Source: an uncultured Chloroflexia bacterium
Lineage (GTDB): Bacteria; Chloroflexota; Limnocylindria; Limnocylindrales; CSP1-4
Direction: 5' to 3'
DNA: 64,000 nucleotides
Assembly: GCA_963734535.1 (NCBI GenBank)
Contig: CAVTHS010000008.1
Span: 352,001-416,000 of the forward strand
Below are positions 39,694-48,682 of this stretch, in pieces; within the stretch, counting starts at the first letter, position 1; every line of letters begins with the position of its first letter. A program made the translations under genes and the position numbers. The notes beneath the pieces are model-generated. The model made no database searches. It saw nothing but the letters and a program-made list of their open reading frames with translations, and was not told the origin of the DNA.

Positions 39694-41448
39694 TCAGCCC
39701 AGCGAGACCATGGAGCCCTTGACGGACGTGATGCCGCTGGACTCGAGGGAGAGCTGGCCTTCGCCGCTCACCTTGGTGCTCGCCGGCGAGCTGATCTCGA
39801 CCCCGCCCAGGCCCTTGATCTTCAACGAACCCTGGCAGTCGATCGTGAAGTCGCCCCCGGTCTTCATCTCGACCGTGCCGCTGCCGTCGGCCGTGACCAC
39901 GACCTTCTTGTTGGCGGCGTCCACGTGGATCTGGATCGTCCCGTCGGCCGAGGAGAGCAGGATCCCCTCGCTGCCGGACTCGTCGGAGAAGACCATCTTC
40001 TGGCCGGTCCGGCTGACGAGCTGGCGCGCCTTGAGCTTCTTGTCGCCGTCGATGTCGAACGGCGGCGGCTTGTCGACGCCGTTCCAGAGCCCGCCCAGCA
40101 CGTAGGGCTCGCTGACGTCACCCTGGTGGAACGCCACGAGCACCTCGTCCTGGACCTCGGGGAGCCAGACCAGGCCCCGGTTCGGGCCGTTGCCGGGAGC
40201 GACGACCCTGGCCCAGTCCGTGACGAAGTCGTGCCCGAGGTATGGCAGCTGGACGCGGACCCGCCCGAGGTCCGACGGGTCGGCGTTGTCCGACACGATC
40301 CCGATCTGCACGCCGGCCATGCCGCCACCCTGGCCGCTGCTGCCGCCACTCCCCGTGGTCAGCCCCAGCAGCGTCCGCTCCTGGCGCCCGCTCACCTCGA
40401 ACTGGGTTCGATATCCCTTCTTGTCGAAGATGTGGCGGGTGTGGGTGAGGGTGTAGCTCCCCGCGAAGGGAGCAGCAACCTCGGAGACGCTGACGGTGCT
40501 CCCAGCCTTGAGCTTCGGGTTGCCCGTGGCGGTGCCACTCGCCTCCGCGAATGCGCTGCCGACCTGCTCCGCGAGGGCCTTCGACGCGCTTTCAACCATC
40601 GGCTGCGTCGTGCGCGGCCGGTTCCCGCTCACGTAGCCGGGCAGACCGAAGATCGCGGCGATCGAGGCCGGCGTGTCGGGCAGCTGCACGCTCGTGGTCG
40701 CCGTGGGCTGCTCCGAGGTCAGCTCCGTCCTGCCGGACATGTCCCAGCCCCGAACGGTGACGGTGGCGACCTGGCCCCCTGCGGTCACGCGCGGCCGGAA
40801 CTCCTTCAGGTTCTGCCCGAAGACGAGCTGGAGGGCATTCGTGCTGTTCAGGTCACCGGCGGCCGGGGCGGTGGACGCATCCGGTGGCGGGGCGAAGCTG
40901 AACTTGCCGTCCGTGACCGCGACCTGGAAGCGGCGCTCACGGCCCAGGTCGGTGAGGAACTCCCAGTCGGTCTGGCCCGCCTGCAGGACGTACTCGAGGA
41001 CGTCGCGCGAGTCGGCGATGGTCCCCACCTCGAGGCCCAGGTCGGACGCGATGGTCCGTGCGATGTCCGAGTACTTCACCTGGCGGTAGACGGCCGAGCG
41101 CCTCGCATGCATGAGCCGGTGGCCCTGGTCGTAGCCGCGGACAACGAGCGTCGGTGCCTTGGACTCGTGGTAGACGCCTTCGAGCGCGGTGACCTCGCCC
41201 GTGATGAGGGGCGCCGGCGCGTCATCCTGGAGCGCTCTCCCCGAGATCACGATCTTCGCCCCGACCTTGAGGTGCGCCTTCGTCGCCACGTCCTTGCCCG
41301 GCGTCTCCTGGAAGACGATCTCGAACGTGTCGGGAAGCAGGAGGTGATCGTCCACGGTGACCTGCAGGACGCTGGGCTCCACGGCAGGGTCGAGCGGCTG
41401 ACCATCGACCTCGATCCGGACGGCGGTTGCGATCGGGGAGTCGGGCAT
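39694..41448 (-). CDS. vgrG: VgrG-like spike (Afp8-like)
   Basis: TDWEFL, DPSDLGRVRV, WAR...G...LPEVQDEVLVAF.QGD...PYVLGGLWNG and a beta-helix C-terminus. Confidence 0.92.
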   Translation of the reverse strand: MPDSPIATAVRIEVDGQPLDPAVEPSVLQVTVDDHLLLPDTFEIVFQETPGKDVATKAHLKVGAKIVISGRALQDDAPAPLITGEVTALEGVYHESKAPTLVVRGYDQGHRLMHARRSAVYRQVKYSDIARTIASDLGLEVGTIADSRDVLEYVLQAGQTDWEFLTDLGRERRFQVAVTDGKFSFAPPPDASTAPAAGDLNSTNALQLVFGQNLKEFRPRVTAGGQVATVTVRGWDMSGRTELTSEQPTATTSVQLPDTPASIAAIFGLPGYVSGNRPRTTQPMVESASKALAEQVGSAFAEASGTATGNPKLKAGSTVSVSEVAAPFAGSYTLTHTRHIFDKKGYRTQFEVSGRQERTLLGLTTGSGGSSGQGGGMAGVQIGIVSDNADPSDLGRVRVQLPYLGHDFVTDWARVVAPGNGPNRGLVWLPEVQDEVLVAFHQGDVSEPYVLGGLWNGVDKPPPFDIDGDKKLKARQLVSRTGQKMVFSDESGSEGILLSSADGTIQIHVDAANKKVVVTADGSGTVEMKTGGDFTIDCQGSLKIKGLGGVEISSPASTKVSGEGQLSLESSGITSVKGSMVSLG

Positions 41449-41451
41449 CGC

Positions 41452-42177
41452 TCAGGGCTCCCGAGCGGAGAGCTGCTTGGCCTCGACGACGGACGGCACG
41501 AGGACGCGCGTCCCGGCTGCCATCCGCAGCGGGTCGTCGATCTCGTTGAAGGCGGCGATCCCGCGCCAGAGGTTCGGGTCGCCGTACTCGCGGTAGGCGA
41601 TCCCGGCGAGGCTGTCGCCGTCGTCGAGCACGACACTGCGCCGGCTCTCGCGCGACCCCGATGTCGGGTTCTGCGCCGGCGTCTCCTCCGGGACCTCCTC
41701 GAGGGCGATCGTGCAGCTGGCGCGGATCGGCGTGCCATCCGATTTGAACAGGATGTACTTGGCGGAGACGGACTTCAGGAAGCAGCGGTAGTCCTGGAAG
41801 ATGCGGCTCGCACCCCACTCGAAGCGCAGGATCGGCGGCTGCGGGACGTGGCGGTCCATCGAGGCCCTGGTGGGCTTGGTCCAGTTGAGAAGCGCCTTGA
41901 CGCTCGTCGTGATGTCCGCGTCGGGGCTGTCCCAGGCGTCGAACCAGATCTCCATCTGGACGCTCTGCGGGCCGGCTCCGTGATACTCGGGCCGGCTCGA
42001 CGACCGCGCGCCGCGCGCCGGCGGGCGGTTCCAGTTCGCGGCCTTGCTGGTCGTGATCTCGGCCGGGTTGTACATGAAGCGGAGCTCGCCGACGGGCGCG
42101 CCACCGTCCGCGGGTGCCTGCGGGCCGCCTTCGACCCGCAGGACCGCGTGCTCCAGCTGGCCGCCGCCGTTGAGCAT
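41452..42177 (-). CDS. CIS tube initiator with LysM domain (Afp7-like)
   Basis: FMYNPAEI, PPILRFEWG, LFKSDGTPIRA, QNPTSG, GDSLAGIAYREYGDPNLWRGIA..N.IDDP. Confidence 0.9.
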   Translation of the reverse strand: MLNGGGQLEHAVLRVEGGPQAPADGGAPVGELRFMYNPAEITTSKAANWNRPPARGARSSSRPEYHGAGPQSVQMEIWFDAWDSPDADITTSVKALLNWTKPTRASMDRHVPQPPILRFEWGASRIFQDYRCFLKSVSAKYILFKSDGTPIRASCTIALEEVPEETPAQNPTSGSRESRRSVVLDDGDSLAGIAYREYGDPNLWRGIAAFNEIDDPLRMAAGTRVLVPSVVEAKQLSAREP

Positions 42178-42602
42178 CAGCGCGTGAACCCGTTGTGGAC
42201 GAGCTCGAGGACCTCGAGCGCGACCTGGCTGGTGCCGGTGTCGAGGGTCGGCCCGGTCCACTTGGCGGGGTAGACGCCGGCGAGCTTCCACGAGGTGACC
42301 TTGGTGCCGCCCGAGTCGAGCAGCTCGATCTCCGCGGTGGAGCGCTTCGGGTCGCTCGCGACGGACGCCAGCCACACCGCCACCTTGCCGGTGTCCTTGT
42401 CGATCGGCCGGGTCAGCTTGATGTTCTGGTACTTCGCGCGGCCCGGCACGCGATGGACGAAGTCGTTCTGGCCACCCTCCTTGATCTCCTGGACGTCGTA
42501 CTCGACGGTCAGCCCCTCGCACTTGGTCCAGGCGCCAAGGTCCGTGTGGTCGTCCAGGGTGACCTTGAAGCGAAGGACGAGGCCGTACCCGGGATCGCTC
42601 AT
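42177..42602 (-). CDS. CIS tail tube protein 2 (T4 gp19-like, Afp5-like)
   Basis: CEGL...EGGQNDFVHRVPGR.KY.NIKLTR, W.L..VYPAKWTGP.LD, VALEVLELVH.G. Confidence 0.92.
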   Translation of the reverse strand: MSDPGYGLVLRFKVTLDDHTDLGAWTKCEGLTVEYDVQEIKEGGQNDFVHRVPGRAKYQNIKLTRPIDKDTGKVAVWLASVASDPKRSTAEIELLDSGGTKVTSWKLAGVYPAKWTGPTLDTGTSQVALEVLELVHNGFTR

Positions 42603-42636
42603 GGTGACCTCCGGGCGACGACGGTTGTCATGCTTC

Positions 42637-44985
42637 TCACGCGTCGACCAGCGTCCCGGCGCGCTCGCGGTCCAGGAGGAGCTCTGTCGTCAGGCGGGCA
42701 CGGATCCGGTCGTAGAGCTGGTCCGCGAGCTCCTCGTAGTCGGTGCCGGCGCCTCCCCCGGCCGCCGCCGCCGCTCCGGTCGAGCCGGACTGGCCTGCCG
42801 CGGCGGCGCCCGACTCCCCCGCGCCTGCTCCCCCGCCATCCGGCGTGACCGCAACCTCGTCGATCTGGACGGCACGCTGGACCGACGGGCCAGGGATCGG
42901 GGCGACGCTCGTGAACCCGGCCGCGGATGTCCAGCCGAGCGCCCCGCCAGGTCCGGCCGGGATCGTGTCCGGCCCGGACGCCCAGGACGACCCGGCCGCG
43001 CCGGCCGCCGCGCGCGCCACGGGAAGCGCGGAGAGCACGGCCGACGTCGGGCCTCGACCGGCATCCAGCGCGGCGCGGGAGACGACCGGACGCTCATCCC
43101 GCCGGAGGGCGCCGCCCGGAGCGGACGGGAAGCCCGGATGACCGGTCCACGTGGAGTCGGGGCCCGGGGTGCCGTATGGAGCGCCCCCATCGAACGACGG
43201 GAGCGCGATCCGCGCGATGACGGGCGTCGATTCGTCCACGGCGCGACGTGCCGGGCCGGCGATCGATGCCGTCGGGCCCGAACGCATGGCGCGCGCGGCG
43301 ACCATGGGCGCCATCGCGGGCGTTGCGCTTCTCGTGGCCGACGGTACCGGGGCAGACGATCCGGCTCCGGCCCACGCTGCGGCGGCGCGCTGGACGGCTG
43401 CGACGCCCCCGACCTCGGATCCCCCGCCGCTCGCGGGATCGCGGAGGGAGGCTGTGCTCGTCCATCCGGGTCCCGTCGCGCCAGCCGGCTGGCCCGCGCC
43501 CGGGACAACCGCCGAGCTGCTCGCGCGCTGGAGGGCGCCGACGCCCGGCTCCGCGGGTGCTTCCGCGTCGGACTCCGTGTCCTGGTCCTCCCGGGCAAGG
43601 CGCGCCACACCGATCGGCGACTCGCCCACGAGCGGTCGCACCGGGCGCGGCGCGTCGGGGGCCGTGTCCCCGGGGGACGCGTCGGTGGACGAGTCGACCG
43701 CGACGTCGGAGGGCACCTGCTCGGCCGGCGCAGACGAGCCCAGCCCGGACGAGACGGCCGGCGCAGACGAGCCCGGCGCACCGGATGACGCGGGCGCGGC
43801 GATCGGCGGGATCGCGGCGGTCGTGGTCGCGGACGCCGTCGCCGCGCGCCGCGCGACCACGAGGCGAGGCAGTGGCGAGGACGCGGCCGCGGCCGGGACC
43901 ATGCCCGGCAGCGCGGCCGGGTCCGGGGCCGTCGAGAGCATGGCGTCCCCGGTGCGGGCGCGCCGCATCACCGGCAGGTCGAACCGCGCGGCGTCCCGCG
44001 TCGCCGACGGAGGCGGGCCGACCAGCGGCGCCCCGAGGCCGAGGCGCCGGGACTCCCCGAGCGTCCGCCTCGTGACCGCCTGGGGATGATCGTCGGGTCG
44101 GCTCGGTGCGGCCGGCACCACCTCCGCCAGGTTCGGTCGGGAGCCGGCCGCGGGCTCCCCGGCGGCCTGCCCGCCCGCGGTCGCGTCAGCCGTCGCAGCA
44201 GCCGTCGCCGGCACGGGCGTCGCGGCCGCCGCGTCGCCATGGAGCGGCGATCCGGACGCGATGACCCGGGCCAGCGCCAGGACCGGGAGCGGCGCGCTCG
44301 TAGCGGCAACGCGCGTCGCCGCGATGGCCGGCGTGTCCGCCGCGAGCCGCGCGACGGGCAGCACGCGAAGTCCGGGGCCGGGAGCATCACTCGCCGAGAT
44401 CCCGGATGGCGCGCGGCGCTCGGCTGCGTCGGCTGCTTCGGCTGCGTCGGCTGCTTCGGCGCCCGTTTCGTCCTTGGGCCCGCGGACATCGGGGCCAGCT
44501 TCGAGCCCGGGATCCGCGGCCCCATGCCGTGGCAGCGTGGCCACCGTCGTGACCCCGCGCTGCGCGCTGGGCCGACCGCGCCGTGGAGTCGCCGCGGAAG
44601 GCATCGGCGGCGCGACCCGCGGGTCGGAGCCGGATGGCACGCGCTGGACCAGCGGCACCGTGATGCCGCTCACGAGACCCGCCGGACCGTCGGACGTCAC
44701 GTCGTGGCCGAGCGGCGCCAGGATCGGGTCGGGCGCGCGGCGGCTCGCCAGGTCGCGGGCGAAGGCTGCGCTCGGCGCGGTGAGGGGCGCCGCGCCGACG
44801 GTCCGCTGAACCGGGGCCAGGTCGCGCCAGGCGGAGGGACGCGATTCCACGCGCGGCCCCGGCCCGGGACCCGGCGGCGCGGACAACCCTCCCGCGGGCG
44901 CGGTGGGCGCGGCCTCGGGTGCGCCGGGCGCCGGATCGTCCCGGGCCGGTGCGCCGCGAAGCCAGTTCATGAAGGGCCAGCGCAC
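42637..44985 (-). CDS. Ala/Pro-rich low-complexity CIS protein, candidate tape measure or lumenal cargo
   Basis: Follows the chaperone pair. N-terminal AWRDLAPVQRT...LGH motif, many xQR/xAR motifs, C-terminal helix ELADQLYDRIRARLTTELLLDRERAG. Confidence 0.7.
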   Translation of the reverse strand: MRWPFMNWLRGAPARDDPAPGAPEAAPTAPAGGLSAPPGPGPGPRVESRPSAWRDLAPVQRTVGAAPLTAPSAAFARDLASRRAPDPILAPLGHDVTSDGPAGLVSGITVPLVQRVPSGSDPRVAPPMPSAATPRRGRPSAQRGVTTVATLPRHGAADPGLEAGPDVRGPKDETGAEAADAAEAADAAERRAPSGISASDAPGPGLRVLPVARLAADTPAIAATRVAATSAPLPVLALARVIASGSPLHGDAAAATPVPATAAATADATAGGQAAGEPAAGSRPNLAEVVPAAPSRPDDHPQAVTRRTLGESRRLGLGAPLVGPPPSATRDAARFDLPVMRRARTGDAMLSTAPDPAALPGMVPAAAASSPLPRLVVARRAATASATTTAAIPPIAAPASSGAPGSSAPAVSSGLGSSAPAEQVPSDVAVDSSTDASPGDTAPDAPRPVRPLVGESPIGVARLAREDQDTESDAEAPAEPGVGALQRASSSAVVPGAGQPAGATGPGWTSTASLRDPASGGGSEVGGVAAVQRAAAAWAGAGSSAPVPSATRSATPAMAPMVAARAMRSGPTASIAGPARRAVDESTPVIARIALPSFDGGAPYGTPGPDSTWTGHPGFPSAPGGALRRDERPVVSRAALDAGRGPTSAVLSALPVARAAAGAAGSSWASGPDTIPAGPGGALGWTSAAGFTSVAPIPGPSVQRAVQIDEVAVTPDGGGAGAGESGAAAAGQSGSTGAAAAAGGGAGTDYEELADQLYDRIRARLTTELLLDRERAGTLVDA

Positions 44986-44992
44986 GACGAAC

Positions 44993-45151
44993 TCACTCCT
45001 CTTCGGTCAGGCGCCGGTTGATCCCCGCGATCTCGTCGACGAAGCGGTGCCGGTCCGGGTGCTCCAGGTCGAGGATCTCGTCCATGGACCAGTGAAGGTG
45101 GTAGGCGACGTACGCGACCTCCTCGAAGAGGCGGTCGGCCGCGTACGTCAG
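44993..45151 (-). CDS. DUF6760-like small ORF without ATG/GTG start; probable -1 frameshift extension of the chaperone
   Basis: Manual translation LTYAADRLFEEVAYVAYHLHWSMDEILDLEHPDRHRFVDEIAGINRRLTEEE. Begins CTG, in the -1 frame relative to the upstream gene. Confidence 0.8.
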   Translation of the reverse strand: MTYAADRLFEEVAYVAYHLHWSMDEILDLEHPDRHRFVDEIAGINRRLTEEE

Positions 45152-45585
45152 GATTCCCCCGGCGACGCGCCCCCGATCTCGACGCTGAACTCGTGGCGGC
45201 AGGCCGGACAGGTCACGGACGCCTGGGACGTCCCCTCCTGGTTGACGCGGCGGTAGAGATCCTGGAGGAACGCGAGGTCCGAGGCGAACATCCCCTCGAT
45301 GACCTGCGGCGTGATCATGGGGACGGTCCCCAGCCGGGAAACCACCCGGCTGAGCAGGATCACCGTGAGGTACGCCTCGTTCTCCCGGACGCGCGGATCG
45401 CGCAGCGGGAGGATCTCGTCGCGAGCCGTCGCCAGGCGCATCGCGCCCTCACGGTGGAGGGTGCCCGCGTCGTCGACATAGCCACGCGGCAGGACGAACG
45501 GGAACTCGGTCCGCAGGCCCGCCGGCGCGGGGCCGGACGCGCCGCCGGAGGCGGCTGCCGGCCCCGCGATCAGGTCGAGCGCCAC
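45148..45585 (-). CDS. CIS tail assembly chaperone-like protein
   Basis: TEFPFVLPRGYVD..G.LHREG.MRLATARDEILP..DPRV..N.AYL, DLAFLQDLYRR.N and CPAC. Directly follows the tube gene. Confidence 0.85.
   Translation of the reverse strand: MALDLIAGPAAASGGASGPAPAGLRTEFPFVLPRGYVDDAGTLHREGAMRLATARDEILPLRDPRVRENEAYLTVILLSRVVSRLGTVPMITPQVIEGMFASDLAFLQDLYRRVNQEGTSQASVTCPACRHEFSVEIGGASPGES
45154..45160 (-). other. slippery heptamer G GGG GAA (candidate programmed -1 frameshift site)
   Basis: CCG GGG GAA TCC TGA in frame 0. A -1 slip gives GGA ATC CTG ACG TAC, entering the DUF6760 frame. Confidence 0.65.
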
Positions 45586-45586
45586 G

Positions 45587-46048
45587 TCACTTGATCCGCT
45601 CGAGCCGCTCGCAGACGATCGTGACGCTCTCGACCGACGGCGTGTTGTCCCCGGCCTTCATCCCGGTCGCCTCGAACTTCGAGATCCACGCGTGGAAGAA
45701 GTTGTACCGGGCAACCTCGCCGCCGGCGAAGTCGTACTGGACGATCGAGCCGTCCTTGCGGGCGCCGGTGATGGCGCCGTCGAGGGCAGCCTTGTGCCAG
45801 TTGTAGAGATCCATGCTCGAGTCGGCGGCGCGCTTCAGGGTGATGGTCGGCGGCTTCGTCGCCCCGATCATCTTCTTGAGGATGGGCTTGCCGAGGGCAT
45901 CATTCGCCTTCAGCTCCACGACCTCGATCTCGGAGCTGATGCCGCCCACCTCCTGGAAGGAAGCGATCGTGACGCCCCCGATCTCGATCTTGAAGCGCTG
46001 GGCGACGAGCGAGTCGAAGGGCGTCGCCGAGGGGAGTCCGGCTGCCAT
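45587..46048 (-). CDS. CIS main tail tube protein (T4 gp19-like, Afp1-like)
   Basis: FQEVGGI..E, ITLKR, W...., RKDGSI..YD, RYNF..AW.SK, VESVTIVCE. Confidence 0.92.
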   Translation of the reverse strand: MAAGLPSATPFDSLVAQRFKIEIGGVTIASFQEVGGISSEIEVVELKANDALGKPILKKMIGATKPPTITLKRAADSSMDLYNWHKAALDGAITGARKDGSIVQYDFAGGEVARYNFFHAWISKFEATGMKAGDNTPSVESVTIVCERLERIK

Positions 46049-46098
46049 GGATGTGGATCCTCCAGTCTGTCGTCAGGCAGGGTGGTTGGGCGTCCTCG

Positions 46099-47616
46099 TC
46101 ACTCGCTGAGCGACGTGCCGCCGGAGAACTGGGCGAGGCGGAAGATCACGAACTCGGCCGGCTTCACCGGGGCAACCCCGATGTCGACGATGAGCTGGCC
46201 GGCATCGATCGACTCCGCGGTGTTGTTCTCGCCGTCGCACTTGACGAAGAAGGCTTCGGCCGGCGACGCCCCGAAGAGCGCCCCGTCGCGCCACGTGCGG
46301 ACGAGGAACGACCCGACCGTGCGCTTCACGCGCTCCCAGAGGTCCATGTCGTTCGGCTCGAAGACAACCCACTGCGTCCCGAGCAGGATCGACTCCTCCA
46401 TGTAGTTGAACAGGCGTCGCACGTTGAGGTAGCGCCATGCCGGGTCCGACGAGAGCGTCCGGGCGCCCCAGACGCGGATCCCGCGACCGGGGAAGGTGCG
46501 GATGCAGTTGACCCCGATCGGGTTGAGCTGGTCGTGCTCCGCGCGGGTCAGGTTCAGCTCGAGCGAGATGGCACCCCGCACGATCTCGTTGGCGGGCGCC
46601 TTGTGCACCCCCCGCTCGCCGTCGCTGCGGGCCCAGATGCCGGCCATGTGACCGGACGGCGGCACGAACGCGGCCTGGCCCGCGATCGGATCGAAGACCT
46701 TGATCCACGGCCAGTAGAGCGTGGCGTACTTGGAATCGTAGCCCGCCTTGTCCTGGCGCCACTCCTTGATCTGCTGGGCGTTGTAGTCCGGTGGGGCGTC
46801 GAGGATCGCGACGCGATCGCCCATCAGCTCGCAGTGGGCCATGATCGCGAGCTGGACCGCCTTGACCCCTTCGAGGTCGATGACGCCCCGCTGGTAGAGC
46901 GCCATCAGGTCCGGCGCCGCCACCATCGTGATCTCCTCGACCGCCTCGAGGCCGCCGAACCCGGTCCGGTCCGCGGTGCTCCCAACGTATTCGTCGGGGG
47001 TGACGCGTGCGGGCGTGGCGCTCGTCCCGCCGGCCAGCATCGCCTTCGTCCCGGTGGCGGGGGCGAGGTCGCCCTTCGCGGTCTCCTCCAGGCGGACCAG
47101 CTTCGAGGTCTTCGTCGCGGTGAAGACGTTGTTGCGGCCCTTCTTGAGGCTGACGTTGTCGTAGACCTCGGTCTCGCTGCCGCGCGTCACGACCAGCTTG
47201 AAGACGCCCTCGCCGGGCTCGCCCGGGTCGCTCACCTCGACGGACACGTCGTTGCCGGTGGCGCCCGCGTCGAGCGCGACCACGCGGAAGGCCGCCTGGC
47301 CCTTGTCGGTGGAGCTCGGCAGCTCGAGGCGTGCGGTCGGGGCACCGGCGCCATCGGCGCCGATCCGGACGATGTAGGCGGTCGTGCCCCCGTTGAGGAA
47401 GAACCCGTAGACGGAGTGGGCCAGGTAGGACCCCTCCATGAAGTCGCCGAACGAGGCGACGAACTGGGTCCAGTTCGTGACCATCACCGGCGTGTTGGCG
47501 GGCCCCTTCTGGGCCAGGCCGACGAAGGCCGCGACGGCCGTCCCGACCCCCTCGATCGGGCGCGAGGCGGCCTGGACCTCCTCGACGTAGACGCCGGGCG
47601 AAAGGTAGTTCGGCAT
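46099..47616 (-). CDS. CIS contractile tail sheath protein
   Basis: MPNYLSPGVYVEEV, GFFLNGG, DRVAILDAP, YWPW, PPSGHMAG, GVHKAPANE, VWGARTL, FEPND, APVKPAEFV. Confidence 0.96.
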   Translation of the reverse strand: MPNYLSPGVYVEEVQAASRPIEGVGTAVAAFVGLAQKGPANTPVMVTNWTQFVASFGDFMEGSYLAHSVYGFFLNGGTTAYIVRIGADGAGAPTARLELPSSTDKGQAAFRVVALDAGATGNDVSVEVSDPGEPGEGVFKLVVTRGSETEVYDNVSLKKGRNNVFTATKTSKLVRLEETAKGDLAPATGTKAMLAGGTSATPARVTPDEYVGSTADRTGFGGLEAVEEITMVAAPDLMALYQRGVIDLEGVKAVQLAIMAHCELMGDRVAILDAPPDYNAQQIKEWRQDKAGYDSKYATLYWPWIKVFDPIAGQAAFVPPSGHMAGIWARSDGERGVHKAPANEIVRGAISLELNLTRAEHDQLNPIGVNCIRTFPGRGIRVWGARTLSSDPAWRYLNVRRLFNYMEESILLGTQWVVFEPNDMDLWERVKRTVGSFLVRTWRDGALFGASPAEAFFVKCDGENNTAESIDAGQLIVDIGVAPVKPAEFVIFRLAQFSGGTSLSE

Positions 47617-47650
47617 GCGGATCGGCCCTCCCGGGCTGCGAAGGTAGGGA

Positions 47651-47843
47651 CCGGTCGAGCGTGGCACCGGGGGCACGATCGCGGCAACGGGCGACCGGAC
47701 AGCCGAAGGGGCCGGTCGAGCTGCCCGATGGGGCACCGGGGGCGACCCGATCGGCTGCCCCAGGGCGGCTTGCCGCACGACGGACACCTTGCGAGGCTGA
47801 CCCAGGCGGGTCGACGTGCCCGCGGCCGAATGCGCGCCTGCCC
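47651..47843. promoter_or_regulatory. divergent CIS promoter region with TGCCC/GGGCA boxes
   Basis: Palindrome TGCCC-GATG-GGGCA at 47722-47735 plus four further half-sites. TACCTT -10 for the sheath at 47641-47646. Confidence 0.45.
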
Positions 47844-47906
47844 GGACCCGCGATCGGGGTCGGCCGGCGACCAGCGTCCCGCGACGGACCACCAGGGGTG
47901 CACCGG

Positions 47907-48659
47907 ATGATCGAGGAAGTCGACGAGACGCTTCGGGGCCTGATCCGGACCGAGGTCCTGAGCGGAAGCCAGGTGGAGGTCTCGTTCGACGCCCCCACCA
48001 AGGACTGGGCGTCGCGGCGCAACGCGCCGACGATCAACCTCTACCTCTACGACATCCGCGAGGACCTGTCGCGGCGCGACGCCGCGTGGGCACCGGTGTA
48101 CGCCGCGGAGGGCTACGTCACCGGCCACCAGCCTCCGCCGCGGCACTACAAGCTCCAGTACATGGTCACCGCGTGGACGCAGCGTCCGGAGGACGAACAC
48201 CGGCTCCTCTCCGCGTGCCTCGGGGCGTTCCTCCGCCACGAGACGCTGGGCCCATCCGAGATGACGGGCGCGCTCGCCGAGCAGCCGCTGCCGGCCATGC
48301 TGAGCGTGGGCCTGCCGCTCGGGCCGGACCGCTCCATCGCCGACGTCTGGTCGGCCCTCGGCGGGGAGCTGAAGCCGTCTCTCGACGTCATCTTCAACGC
48401 GCCGTTCGTGGTCGGTCGGAGCCTGTCTGCCGGGGCACCCGTTCGCGAGCTGCCGCGGCTCTCGATCGCCCGTGCCGACGATCGCGGCGAGCCCGAGCGC
48501 CCGGCACGCGCCATGGCGGGCCGCGGGAACGCCTCGGTCCGCCGGAGCAGGCCGCTGTCCCCCGACGAGACGCCCGTTGCCCAGGACGAGACCGTGGTCG
48601 GCGGGACGAAGGCGAAACCCGGACGCACGTACCGGATCCGCGGCTATCCGCGGCCCTGA
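47907..48659 (+). CDS. DUF4255 / Afp16-Pvc16-like tail cap protein
   Basis: VSFDAPTKDW...PTINLYLYDIRED, PPR...L.YMVTAW...EDEHRLL, WSALGGELKPSL. Confidence 0.9.
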   Translation: MIEEVDETLRGLIRTEVLSGSQVEVSFDAPTKDWASRRNAPTINLYLYDIREDLSRRDAAWAPVYAAEGYVTGHQPPPRHYKLQYMVTAWTQRPEDEHRLLSACLGAFLRHETLGPSEMTGALAEQPLPAMLSVGLPLGPDRSIADVWSALGGELKPSLDVIFNAPFVVGRSLSAGAPVRELPRLSIARADDRGEPERPARAMAGRGNASVRRSRPLSPDETPVAQDETVVGGTKAKPGRTYRIRGYPRP

Positions 48660-48682
48660 CCGTCCATGACCGGCGGCCCAGC

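Noticed and set aside
36784-47616. Prophage or R-type tailocin
   Set aside because: No capsid, portal, terminase, integrase or lysis genes. DUF4255, the Afp15-like ATPase and DUF4157 point to a CIS.
39694-47616. Type VI secretion system
   Set aside because: No TssJLM, TssK, TssA or ClpV. The sheath is a single phage-type gene and the tubes are gp19-like.
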